A DNA stretch of 64,000 nucleotides from Candidatus Obscuribacteraceae bacterium (lineage in GTDB: Bacteria > Cyanobacteriota > Vampirovibrionia > Obscuribacterales > Obscuribacteraceae): contig JBGAHS010000002.1 of assembly GCA_044226015.1 (NCBI GenBank), positions 497,571-561,570 on the forward strand. The letters are read 5' to 3'. This document shows, piece after piece, positions 1-8,567 of this stretch (positions are counted from its first letter, which is position 1; every line of letters starts with the position of its first letter). The notes under the pieces are model-generated. The model saw only the letters and a list, made by a program, of their open reading frames with translations, searched no databases and was not told the DNA's origin. Made by a program: the position numbers and the translations under genes.

Positions 1-76
1 ATATTGTGATTACTTATCATGCCCGTGATTTAGCCAAATGGCTGTCCTAAGCGCTTTGTTTGAGGAAGTATATTAG

Positions 77-541
77 ATGAAAACCAGTACCGCTTATCAA
101 ATCAGTTTCGCCAACGCCTTTGCAGATCTCTATCTGGACAAGGAAAACGGTGAAGTCGCTCTTGATTTGAGACGCCAGGAAATCACCATTTATCTCAACC
201 AAACGCAGTACCAGGCACTTGTTCTTCTTGTTCAGCAGAGCCTGGAAGACGAGGAGTTTTTGGAATATCTCAATTGGCAGAAAGACCCGCTTCAGTGCGA
301 TGAGAATCGCATTTTTGAGATCTGCGGACCAGACCATATGGTCTGTATGGCGTGCACTCCGAGCTACGAACGCGTCAAACTGACTTTCGAGATCGGAGTA
401 GCCGTCGATCTCTCTTTTGCCGATTACCAGGGGCTTGCAAGCCTACTTAAGGAAGCTCAAGCAGACCTAGAATGGCGTAGAGAGTTGCTACGCTGGAACA
501 TGCAGGATCAAGGCGGTGACTTCGCCACCGGCAACGACTAA
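77..541 (+). CDS. Hypothetical protein with two similar strand-rich/helix halves
   Basis: 154-aa ORF with a GAGGA Shine-Dalgarno-like site upstream and a terminator downstream. Internal similarity ITIYLNQTQYQALVLLVQQS vs VAVDLSFADYQGLASLLKEA. Confidence 0.75.
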   Translation: MKTSTAYQISFANAFADLYLDKENGEVALDLRRQEITIYLNQTQYQALVLLVQQSLEDEEFLEYLNWQKDPLQCDENRIFEICGPDHMVCMACTPSYERVKLTFEIGVAVDLSFADYQGLASLLKEAQADLEWRRELLRWNMQDQGGDFATGND

Positions 542-565
542 AACTGCTATTGCAAAGATGAACCT

Positions 566-602
566 AAGAAGCGGATTTCACGAGGAATTCTGCTTCTTTT
601 TT
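566..602 (+). terminator. Rho-independent terminator
   Basis: AAGAAGCGGATTTC-ACGAG-GAATTCTGCTTCTT hairpin (one G-U, one mismatch) running into a T tract, 24 nt after the stop at 541. Confidence 0.75.
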
Positions 603-621
603 ATTGCGCATTCTGACAATT

Positions 622-1147
622 CGGGAGAATCTGCGCCCCGCCACCGCAGAAAAACATGAGAACTACATCGGTACCGTTTGAGTTTCGGGAAAATCTGCGC
701 CCCGGCCGCCGCAGGAAATCATGAGAACTACACCAGTACCGTTTGAGTTTCTTGGAAAATCTGCGCCCTGCCGCCGCAGAAAAACATGAGAACTACACCA
801 GTACCGTTTGAGTTTCTTGGAAAATCTGCGCCCTGCCGCCGCAGAAAAACATGAGAACTCCACCGGTACCGTTTGAGTTTCTTGGAAAATCTGCGCAGAA
901 AAACATGAGAACTACACCGGTACCGTTTGAGTTTTCGGGAAAATCCGCGCCCCCGCCGCCGCAGAAAAACATTAGAACTCCACCGGTACCGTTTGAGTTC
1001 TGCGAAAATCCGCGCCCCTGCCGCCGCAGAAAAACATGAGAACTCCACCGGTACCGTTTGAGTTTTCGGGAAAATCCGCGCCCCGCCGCCGCAGAAAAAC
1101 ATGAGAACTCCACCGGTACCGTTTGAGTTCTGCGAAAATCCGCGCCC
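622..1147. repeat. Tandem array of about 8 copies of a 65-bp double-hairpin unit (REP/BIME-like)
   Basis: GTACCGTTTGAG recurs at 671, 736, 801, 866, 920, 986, 1051, 1116 (spacings 65,65,65,54,66,65,65). The unit carries TCTGCG..CGCAGA and GAACTC..GAGTT inverted repeats. Lies between convergent genes. Confidence 0.97.
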
Positions 1148-1169
1148 AAATAATATCCCGTCAGGGTTA

Positions 1170-2192
1170 TTACTTGCTGGCGTAAACCACGGGCGACTCA
1201 GGTCCCCAATACTTGGAATCAGGTCTGGTGTAACCGCTGAAACCGCAATCTTTCAGCATCTTTTGCAACTCAGCTTCAGTGAAGACGCAGCCCTGCTCCG
1301 TGAAGAGAAACATATTTATTGCAAACAACTGCGCAAATGGCGGGCCACTTCGCTCGTTATTGCTTATCATTTCAGCGATCACAATTTTTCCGCCTTTCTT
1401 CAAGCTGCGATAGACTTCCTTGAGAAGGGCTTCAGAGCGTTCGCTTCCTTCGCTATGCAAGATGTGTCCAAGTAAAACAACATCGTACTTTTCTGATTCT
1501 AGCTTGCAATCACTCCAGTTCCCTGCAATGTAGGAATACTGAGATCCAACGCTGTATTTGTCGGCAAAGCGCTTGGTGACTTCGAGAACGCCCGGAAAAT
1601 CCAACGCATCCACATGCACATTTTTGCTGCGTTCAGCAAAAGGAATGCTCCATACACCGCTGCCAGCTGCGACATCGAGCACTTTAGTCCCTGGGGGCAT
1701 CTGCTCCACCTTAAGTTCGCTAGCCAGCGTATTGGCAGTTGAGTAATTCATGGGGAATATCGCAGCAGCAAGAGTCGGGAAAAACTCCTCCGCCCCTTTG
1801 GTCTGGTTGATTTTGGAGTAAGGAGCCCCGGTCTTCACGCTTTCAGAAAGCTGCATCCAACCGTCCTTAACACCATCCATCAACAAATAATCACCCATAT
1901 AGAGCGGGCTTTCTTTATCGAGGTAGGGCCGCGAAGCCTCCACTACTGAAAACCTGTCGCCTTTTCTCTCAAGCAAATCAAGAGCCAATAGCGCGTTTAG
2001 TAGAAGCTCGGTCGCTGTAACATCCGTTTTCAACTCAGCTGCAAGCTCAGCAGCCGTAAGGGGTTTCCTGGACAGAGGCGAAAAGAAATCTAGCCTGAAA
2101 GCTGTCATGAAAGCTTGCAAAGCCCACGCCCCATGCATGATTTGCATGATGCGAAGTGGCGGCTGCATCTTTGTCATTTCAAGAGTAGTCAT
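1170..2192 (-). CDS. SAM-dependent O-methyltransferase (dimerisation domain + Methyltransf_2-type domain)
   Basis: N-terminal winged-helix-like LTAAELAAEL segment, VLDVAAGSG motif I, DFPGVL, GHILH, LKKGGKIVIAE. Start placed at ATG 2192 because GAGGAGGGG precedes it. Confidence 0.9.
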   Translation of the reverse strand: MTTLEMTKMQPPLRIMQIMHGAWALQAFMTAFRLDFFSPLSRKPLTAAELAAELKTDVTATELLLNALLALDLLERKGDRFSVVEASRPYLDKESPLYMGDYLLMDGVKDGWMQLSESVKTGAPYSKINQTKGAEEFFPTLAAAIFPMNYSTANTLASELKVEQMPPGTKVLDVAAGSGVWSIPFAERSKNVHVDALDFPGVLEVTKRFADKYSVGSQYSYIAGNWSDCKLESEKYDVVLLGHILHSEGSERSEALLKEVYRSLKKGGKIVIAEMISNNERSGPPFAQLFAINMFLFTEQGCVFTEAELQKMLKDCGFSGYTRPDSKYWGPESPVVYASK

Positions 2193-2384
2193 AGCCCCTC
2201 CTCGAGGTGGTCGATTTATGTGAACCAATATTTTAGACCTCAGCGGAATTTAGAGCAGCAAATAAATATTCTAAAGAGATGAGAAATGCCCGCAGCTGCG
2301 CTCCACGCGCAAAGGGGCCAGAGAGCACTGAAAAATCAATATACAGCAGGTTGGCAAGCTCTCGCCCATGCCTTGTGCATCAGC

Positions 2385-2390
2385 TATAAT
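2385..2390 (+). promoter_or_regulatory. -10 element of the ffs promoter
   Basis: Perfect TATAAT 7 nt upstream of the SRP RNA terminal stem. Confidence 0.65.
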
Positions 2391-2397
2391 TTTTAGA

Positions 2398-2492
2398 ACA
2401 GATCGTTGGGTGCGGCGGAGACCTGCGAACCTGGTCAGGGGTGAAAGCCAGCAGCCATAAGTTGGACCCTTCGGGTGTGCTCAACGGTCTGT
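2398..2492 (+). ncRNA. ffs: Signal recognition particle RNA, small bacterial type (4.5S)
   Basis: Helix-8 signature GGTCAGG-GGT-GAAA-GCC-AGCAGCC. The ends ACAGATCGTTGGGTGC (2398-2413) and GTGCTCAACGGTCTGT (2477-2492) pair into one long hairpin of about 95 nt. Confidence 0.93.
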
Positions 2493-2526
2493 ATTTTCAA
2501 TGCCAAGAGCGAACTAGGACAATAAC

Positions 2527-2793
2527 ATGACTAAAAAAGGGTCCTCTGAGCAGCCTCCAGAAACCGATCAAAGCACCCTCCTGGGTCAAATCCTTGTGGA
2601 GCTGGGTTATATAACCGTTTATCAGCTCGATGAGTCGCTGCAGATTCAGAAAGAAAGTGACGCAAAAGGCGAAGAGCACCAGACTCTTGGAGCTATCCTT
2701 CTTGAATTAGGCTATTGCTCAGCTAATCAACTTATACGTGCGATTCAAGTGCAGGTAGAGTACAGAAAAGCGGCAAAGGCTCCAAAATCGTAA
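2527..2793 (+). CDS. Stand-alone MshEN-like (putative c-di-GMP-binding) domain protein
   Basis: Two tandem motifs LLGQILVELGYITVYQLDESLQIQ and TLGAILLELGYCSANQLIRAIQVQ match RLGxxLxxxGxIxxxxLxxxLxxQ except for the leading Arg. Confidence 0.8.
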   Translation: MTKKGSSEQPPETDQSTLLGQILVELGYITVYQLDESLQIQKESDAKGEEHQTLGAILLELGYCSANQLIRAIQVQVEYRKAAKAPKS

Positions 2794-2913
2794 TCTCGAC
2801 CCTTTGAACACAAATTCAGGGTTGTCCCGATTTCCCACATGCCCTTGAGGATATAAACTTTTGTTAGTATGCCAGAGGGTCAAGGGCATATTGAGTCTTA
2901 GGGGTGCAAATCT

Positions 2914-5250
2914 TTGGGAGCCAAGTTAAATTTCAGCTTCATAGCGACCATCCTGGTGATGTGTATCGTCCAGGCGATTTTCACGCTTGTAGTTGACATT
3001 AACAAGAACCACGCAAAAGCAATTGCGATTGTCGACCCTGCAATTGATTGCGTAAACAAAGAAATTATTTCAGTCTATAAAAAGAATGCTCAAATCGCTG
3101 CAGCGATCGAAGGCAACGCTGACTTTAAGAAAGCCGTTTCAGCCAAAGATAGAGGCGCTGTCGCCGCAATAGTTAAGTCCACTTTTGATCGCGTAGGGTT
3201 TGACGGCTACGCAACGATTATCAATGAGCAAGGACAGGTCTTCTTCAGCAGCGATGCACCAGGAAAAGCCGGCTATCCAGCAGATGACCTGAATCGCCCT
3301 CTTGTTCAAAGCGCATTTTCAATTCCATCGGCACAGGGTGGAACATTCGCCTCCGCGCTCTGCGCTCTATCCTGCACCAAAGCATACACCTTATCGAGCC
3401 TCGTCCCCATCGGAATTGGTGGCAGAAACCAGGCTGTTCTAGCTGTGAGCACACCATTTAGCAATGAACTGTTGCTGGGCATGGAACGAAAAATCAAACT
3501 CACGAAAGACAATCTCAAAGAATTCGAAATGGCGTTTTACGTGATGGCAGATGCGCAAGTAAAGGCTTGCTCAGCCAATTTACAAGCAATGAAGCCACCT
3601 CCGGCTTTTCTTGCAAGCTTGAACAATGCCAAAGGAGATATTCTTGGCGAAACGCCAAAAGAAAAGCAGGCTGATGGTTTCCTCTGGAAAAACCTACCTA
3701 TAAAAGGTCCCAATACGACGAACGCGATGGGACAAATAATTGTTTGCGCTCCTATGCCAAACCAACTGGCAAGCTTTTCGCTGTTGGCTTTGCAGCTGGC
3801 AATCGGCGCTGTTGCGGCCATTGTTCTGGCGTTGGTTTTCTCCGCAGCTTTGTCAAAGCGATTCAATCAATCAATGTGGTTCTTAAAGCAACGCGCGAAG
3901 GATCTTGCTGAAAACAAACGGGATTTGCCCTCCCTGAGTGTGCTCAGCGGAGACTATCTTGAATTGGCAGAAATGATGGACACAGCTCTCACCAATCCAC
4001 GCGCGATGGTCTTGAACTTGAAGCAAACTGTATCCAAGCAGGATGAAGAACTATCAGAACGGCAGCGACAGATCGATGCGATAAACAGCCAATTGGAAAT
4101 GGTGAACAGACAACTCACTGCTCACAATAGACAATCAGTTGATATCAGCAATCAAGTTCAAACGGCAAACAAGCAAGCGATTCAAATTCAACAGAAGCTC
4201 GACGCCGTAATGCAGTGCTCGAGCGAAGGCGTATTATTGCTGGATCCATATGGAAGCCTACTGGCAGCGAATCCAACCTTCCTTCGCTGGACAGGGACAG
4301 ACGAACGAGAAATTTTCGGAAAAGTCTGTTTTGATCTGGTAAAAAAACCTGGCGAACCAAAAGATCTCCACACAATGTCTTTCGCTAACACATCCGGTGG
4401 TCCAAATGATCTTATCAATCAGTTCTTCCCAGAAGGGGTTGTTTATCATCGATTCGAGAACAAACATACGGACGTGCTCATGCACCTCCAGCCTATTGTC
4501 GGAGAGGATGGAAACATTCAGGGATACATAATGGTGCTTCGCGACAAATCACTTCACGCTGAAGTGGCACGCCTGCGCGGAGAGATCGTAACCATGCTGG
4601 GAGATGATATCCGCTCTCCTTTAGCGACGGCAGAATCTTACTGGAAAAACCTGCAACAACAGCTGCCCAACATGCCTCCTGCGGTGGCTCAAAACCTGCT
4701 AGAAATGCATAAGACGTACGAAACCATGATGGGCATGGTGGATAGTTACTTAATGATGTATGGCGGATTCGTGCCACCACCTGTAGAGCAGATCCCCAGG
4801 GAGCAAGTTTCAGTAACACGACTCATCGGTGAGTGCCTGGAAACAGTCTCACAACATGCACGAGCGCAGCAAATAATGCTCGACTACAAGACTGTCACCG
4901 GTCTTCCTACCACAGCGATTAACAAAGAAATTGTCAGGGACATAATTATCAACCTTCTAGACAAGATGATCTCCGTCACAGCCCCAGGCGGCAGAGTGAG
5001 GGCTGAAACAACCATCAAAGGTAAAGAAATCCGCTTGATTATCTCTAGCTCTGGACCCGCCCTGCAGCAACTTGAAATAGAGGACATGTTCATCGGATTT
5101 ATTGGCGGTAAACACGCTGAAGATACTTATCAAACACGCTTGAACATGTACCTTGCTCGAAACAACGCCGAGCGTCTAGGCGGACGCATTTGGGCAGAAT
5201 CTGAAGCAGGCAGAGGAACTGCAATCTTCCTGACTCTTCCTGTTCACTAA
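2914..5250 (+). CDS. Membrane sensor histidine-kinase-like protein (Cache-like/HAMP/coiled coil/PAS/HisKA/HATPase) with degenerate catalytic motifs
   Basis: Two TM segments flanking an extracytoplasmic domain, PAS (SSEGVLLLDPYGSLLAANP), H-box region GDDIRSPL, C-terminal LGGRIWAESEAGRGTAIFLTLP. Confidence 0.9.
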   Translation: MGAKLNFSFIATILVMCIVQAIFTLVVDINKNHAKAIAIVDPAIDCVNKEIISVYKKNAQIAAAIEGNADFKKAVSAKDRGAVAAIVKSTFDRVGFDGYATIINEQGQVFFSSDAPGKAGYPADDLNRPLVQSAFSIPSAQGGTFASALCALSCTKAYTLSSLVPIGIGGRNQAVLAVSTPFSNELLLGMERKIKLTKDNLKEFEMAFYVMADAQVKACSANLQAMKPPPAFLASLNNAKGDILGETPKEKQADGFLWKNLPIKGPNTTNAMGQIIVCAPMPNQLASFSLLALQLAIGAVAAIVLALVFSAALSKRFNQSMWFLKQRAKDLAENKRDLPSLSVLSGDYLELAEMMDTALTNPRAMVLNLKQTVSKQDEELSERQRQIDAINSQLEMVNRQLTAHNRQSVDISNQVQTANKQAIQIQQKLDAVMQCSSEGVLLLDPYGSLLAANPTFLRWTGTDEREIFGKVCFDLVKKPGEPKDLHTMSFANTSGGPNDLINQFFPEGVVYHRFENKHTDVLMHLQPIVGEDGNIQGYIMVLRDKSLHAEVARLRGEIVTMLGDDIRSPLATAESYWKNLQQQLPNMPPAVAQNLLEMHKTYETMMGMVDSYLMMYGGFVPPPVEQIPREQVSVTRLIGECLETVSQHARAQQIMLDYKTVTGLPTTAINKEIVRDIIINLLDKMISVTAPGGRVRAETTIKGKEIRLIISSSGPALQQLEIEDMFIGFIGGKHAEDTYQTRLNMYLARNNAERLGGRIWAESEAGRGTAIFLTLPVH

Positions 5251-5251
5251 T

Positions 5252-5388
5252 GGATTTTCCCAAAACTTCACCGTTTGAGTTCTCTCGTTTTTCTTCGCCT
5301 TCACCTGCGCAGATTTTCCTCAAAAAACTCCACCGGTACCGTTTGAGTTCTCTCGTTTTTCTTCGCCTTCACTTGCGCAGATTTTCCC
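5252..5388. repeat. Second locus (about 2 units) of the 65-bp hairpin repeat family, backbone in opposite orientation
   Basis: The minus strand reads GGAAAATCTGCGC..AGAAAAACGAGAGAACTC..GAGTT twice, matching the 622-1147 unit. Lies between convergent genes. Confidence 0.92.
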
Positions 5389-5529
5389 CAAATCCGTTCG
5401 GCATGGTCCAACCGCATCAGCTAAATGAATCAATGGCACAGCAGCGGTCACATGAAACACCACCTCGAATCTTTGAGCAAAACGCACACGCCGCTCGAGA
5501 TTATTGTCATCTCCACCGAATTCGGCGAA

Positions 5530-6222
5530 CTATACCGTCTGCTTTTCCGGTTCTTGCACTACTTCTTCCACGGCAACAGCAGCGGCTGCAGCCGCCTTAT
5601 CACGAGCTTCCTTTGCCTTAATTGCAATCTTCTTCTGACGGTCAGCAACGAACTGCCTTTCTACTGGCCTGTTCTGAACCTTCAACATCTGCGCGTAATA
5701 TTGCAGAGTCATTAAGAGTTCAGTTGTATCTTTGCCAAAAAGTGTTTCCTTCATCTCGATGGCGATTTTATAGTGCTTTTCTGCAACGGGGTACATTTTG
5801 CGTGCGCTATAAAGCAAAGCAAGATTATGATGATTCAGCGCTATATCAGGATGGATTTCACCATGAATACCAATTCGAATATCTAGAGCCCGCTTGTAGT
5901 GCGGCTCGGCCATTGTGAATTTGCCTTGCTCATGATACATAGCGGCAAGATTGTTCAAAGTCAGCGCCAAACGATCATCCTGCTCACCAAACTTCTCAGC
6001 CTCTTCTAGAGCAGCTAAGAACTTCACTTCGGCTTCCGGAATTTTTCCACGCTCGTAAGAGTTGTTGCCTTCTTCAATCAATCTCTTCCAACTGTCGCTC
6101 ACTTCAATGACCCCATAAGGCTTACCTATCGGGGAGATCCTAGCAGCTGTGCCAGCGACTAACAACTCAAACCATCTCAAAAATGAGACTCTTTGTGCTA
6201 TGTTCACACTTTCGCTTGGCAA
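5530..6222 (-). CDS. Tetratricopeptide repeat protein (true start probably further downstream)
   Basis: Kinesin-light-chain-type TPRs: LALTLNNLAAMYHEQGKFTMAEPHYKRALDIR, HPDIALNHHNLALLY. Confidence 0.9.
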   Translation of the reverse strand: MPSESVNIAQRVSFLRWFELLVAGTAARISPIGKPYGVIEVSDSWKRLIEEGNNSYERGKIPEAEVKFLAALEEAEKFGEQDDRLALTLNNLAAMYHEQGKFTMAEPHYKRALDIRIGIHGEIHPDIALNHHNLALLYSARKMYPVAEKHYKIAIEMKETLFGKDTTELLMTLQYYAQMLKVQNRPVERQFVADRQKKIAIKAKEARDKAAAAAAVAVEEVVQEPEKQTV

Positions 6223-6402
6223 CAGGCGCCTGTTTTCTTACCTTGCGCCCACAAGCAGCCTGAAACATCTTATCGGGTCCGCCTGAACTAAACTGAGAAT
6301 TATGCAGACAAAAATGCTCCAACCGCACAACAGATTGGAGATTCGGTTTGCAAAAGCATGGACGGAAGAGGTCCCGTCAGCCACCCATTTGCAAGCGAAC
6401 AT

Positions 6403-6819
6403 TCAGCGCTTTGGCAACCATTGAAAGAGCTTTTCTTGCAGTTGCTCGTAAGTGAATGGAATAGGCAAGTAATCATCCATTCCCTGCTGAATACAAAGAT
6501 CATAGTTAGCCTGAAGATGTCCAGTAACTGCAATGATGGGCAACTTCCTATTATTCGCCAACTGGCGAACTTTTCTTGTGCATAAGGGTCCATCAACTCG
6601 TGGCATAAGCCAGTCCATCAGTATGAGATCACAATGACCGTTTTGTAGATGTTTCAAGGCTTCGCCACAACAATCAACAATGTGAGCTTCGATGCGCAAC
6701 TCATCGGACAAGAGTTCAAAAATTCTTGCGTACTGCGGATTATCATCAATTACGAGGACTTGAGACCGGGTAACTGCAGAGTCGATTGATTTTAGTAACA
6801 CTGAATCGTCCATGGGCAA
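6403..6819 (-). CDS. Single-domain response regulator (CheY-like receiver), conserved Lys absent
   Basis: VLVIDDN, DLILMDWLMPRVDG, PIIAVTG, GMDDYLPIPF. Confidence 0.92.
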   Translation of the reverse strand: MPMDDSVLLKSIDSAVTRSQVLVIDDNPQYARIFELLSDELRIEAHIVDCCGEALKHLQNGHCDLILMDWLMPRVDGPLCTRKVRQLANNRKLPIIAVTGHLQANYDLCIQQGMDDYLPIPFTYEQLQEKLFQWLPKR

Positions 6820-7171
6820 GCCCTTTCAATAACAATGCAGTCCGTCATTAATAGCGAAGTCGAGTCATTCGATAATGTTCACCAGACCATCCCAAAACTC
6901 TGTCCTGATATGACAGTACCAAACATTTTCCCAGATCATCAACCCTAACTTTTCTGTTAGGGTATCAATAAGCAAGTCACCAAGCTGACTTGAAGCGACT
7001 CTGCACCCACTTACAGATAAGCAATCAATAAATATCCTTGGCTAGGTTACCGCATCAGCGATACCATAGATGGTACCAGCTTGATGTACGAAGAGTGAAA
7101 TAGATAACTCATCCACCGAAAGCCAATGCTCACTCTCATGAGTGAGGGGTGGAACAAAAAGGAAGAGAGAG

Positions 7172-7220
7172 CAACTGACAAATAGCAAATAACAGATGGC
7201 AAACAACAAATTACAAATCA
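7172..7220. repeat. Seven degenerate heptamers (CAAAYRR-like), STRR-like
   Basis: CAACTGA CAAATAG CAAATAA CAGATGG CAAACAA CAAATTA CAAATCA in exact 7-nt register. Confidence 0.7.
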
Positions 7221-7222
7221 AC

Positions 7223-7252
7223 AAAAAGGAGGGAGCAGAAAGACTCCCTCCT
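7223..7252 (-). terminator. Rho-independent terminator of the serine protease gene
   Basis: GGAGGGAG/CTCCCTCC stem with 8-nt loop, followed by TTTTT on the minus strand, about 20 nt past the stop at 7272. Confidence 0.85.
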
Positions 7253-7271
7253 CAAAACTGAATATCTATAC

Positions 7272-7985
7272 CTACTTGTTTTTGTGCAAGAGGTCCAGCT
7301 GCTCTTTCAAGTCCTTAGCAGGAGTGGCAAGACTTACATCACTGCTTTGCCCACCCTCGTGGATTGCTACTACCTTGCCAGACTTATCAACATAAGGACC
7401 GCCGGAATACTGGTGCCCAACGCTGTTATAAGTATCAAAAATCAGAAAGTCGCGATTTTTGTCTTCCCCACCTAACTCCGGCAGATCCTGGTCCTTCCTC
7501 AGCCCAGTGCGCTGGAAACTACCAACTTTGAACTCTGGATCCCATCGTGTCCTACTTAATCGCACGGTCTCGTCACCAGGCTTAAGCGCATTATCAGATA
7601 TAGTCAGCGCCTGACACTGTGTTTTTGGATCAGTAATTTCAAGCACTTTGATGAAAGCAAGGTCATGAGCAGGATCCTGCTTCAAAATACTTGCCTTATG
7701 CTTTGAGCCATCGTTCAGCGTAACCTCCAACTCAACACTCAATTTGTCGTCGATGTGAATCACATGGTTGTCGGTAACCATTTCACACTGACCTATGTTT
7801 GCATTGTCGGAAGAACTTCTTACAAAAAAACCTGACCCAGCCGAACCCATGACTTGCTTGCCCTTGTCATAGTGAGAGGCAACTACATTGCCTACGCTCG
7901 GTCGAGCAGCTTCGTACAAAGCTTGAGCAGCCTCTGTAGGCTCATTCTTATTAGCACTCTCCGTAGAGATAATTCTGTCATTCAT
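7272..7985 (-). CDS. Trypsin-like serine protease (HtrA-type domain, no PDZ)
   Basis: GSGFFV, triad motifs TDNHVI, DLA and YSGGP. Confidence 0.88.
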   Translation of the reverse strand: MNDRIISTESANKNEPTEAAQALYEAARPSVGNVVASHYDKGKQVMGSAGSGFFVRSSSDNANIGQCEMVTDNHVIHIDDKLSVELEVTLNDGSKHKASILKQDPAHDLAFIKVLEITDPKTQCQALTISDNALKPGDETVRLSRTRWDPEFKVGSFQRTGLRKDQDLPELGGEDKNRDFLIFDTYNSVGHQYSGGPYVDKSGKVVAIHEGGQSSDVSLATPAKDLKEQLDLLHKNK

Positions 7986-8204
7986 CGCACTTCCTCAAAT
8001 CGATCCTCATGCTATCGATTATGTTTTCAGCAAAAAGTGATGTCACCCGTAATATCACCAATCAAACTCATTTCTGAACATATACTCAATATGGGCCAGC
8101 TCCAATTGCAGATGGTACAACGGTTCTCAAAAAAAAAACGTACCGACAGAAACACATCAAGAGGTGTGCCAAGCATCGGTCCACCATGGGTGCGGACGAG
8201 ACAT

Positions 8205-8430
<226 letters not shown>

Positions 8431-8567
8431 CATTTCCGCAGCATAAGACTGGCGAACACAAAGCGGTTCATATTCATTGATAATGGCGAACTACAAAAAC
8501 TACTCTTCATGAGTGTTTGGTAGGATACCAGCAGTTTCACCTCAATACATTCGTCGCGAGCAAAATC

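Noticed and set aside
622..1147. CRISPR array
   Set aside because: The whole 65-bp unit repeats with no unique spacers, and no cas genes are in the window.
663..1149. ORFs 663-863, 728-1102, 793-1149 and 851-1039
   Set aside because: They are translations of the tandem repeat in several frames. The 65-bp unit is not a multiple of three.
2398..2492. tRNA or riboswitch
   Set aside because: It forms a single long hairpin with the SRP helix-8 motif, not a cloverleaf or a known aptamer.
2914..5250. Pseudogene call for the degenerate kinase
   Set aside because: The frame is intact over 778 codons with complete domain order, so a pseudo-enzyme is more likely than a decayed gene.
5250..5621. 123-aa ORF starting at the kinase stop
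   Set aside because: It reads through the repeat locus and overlaps the TPR gene on the opposite strand.
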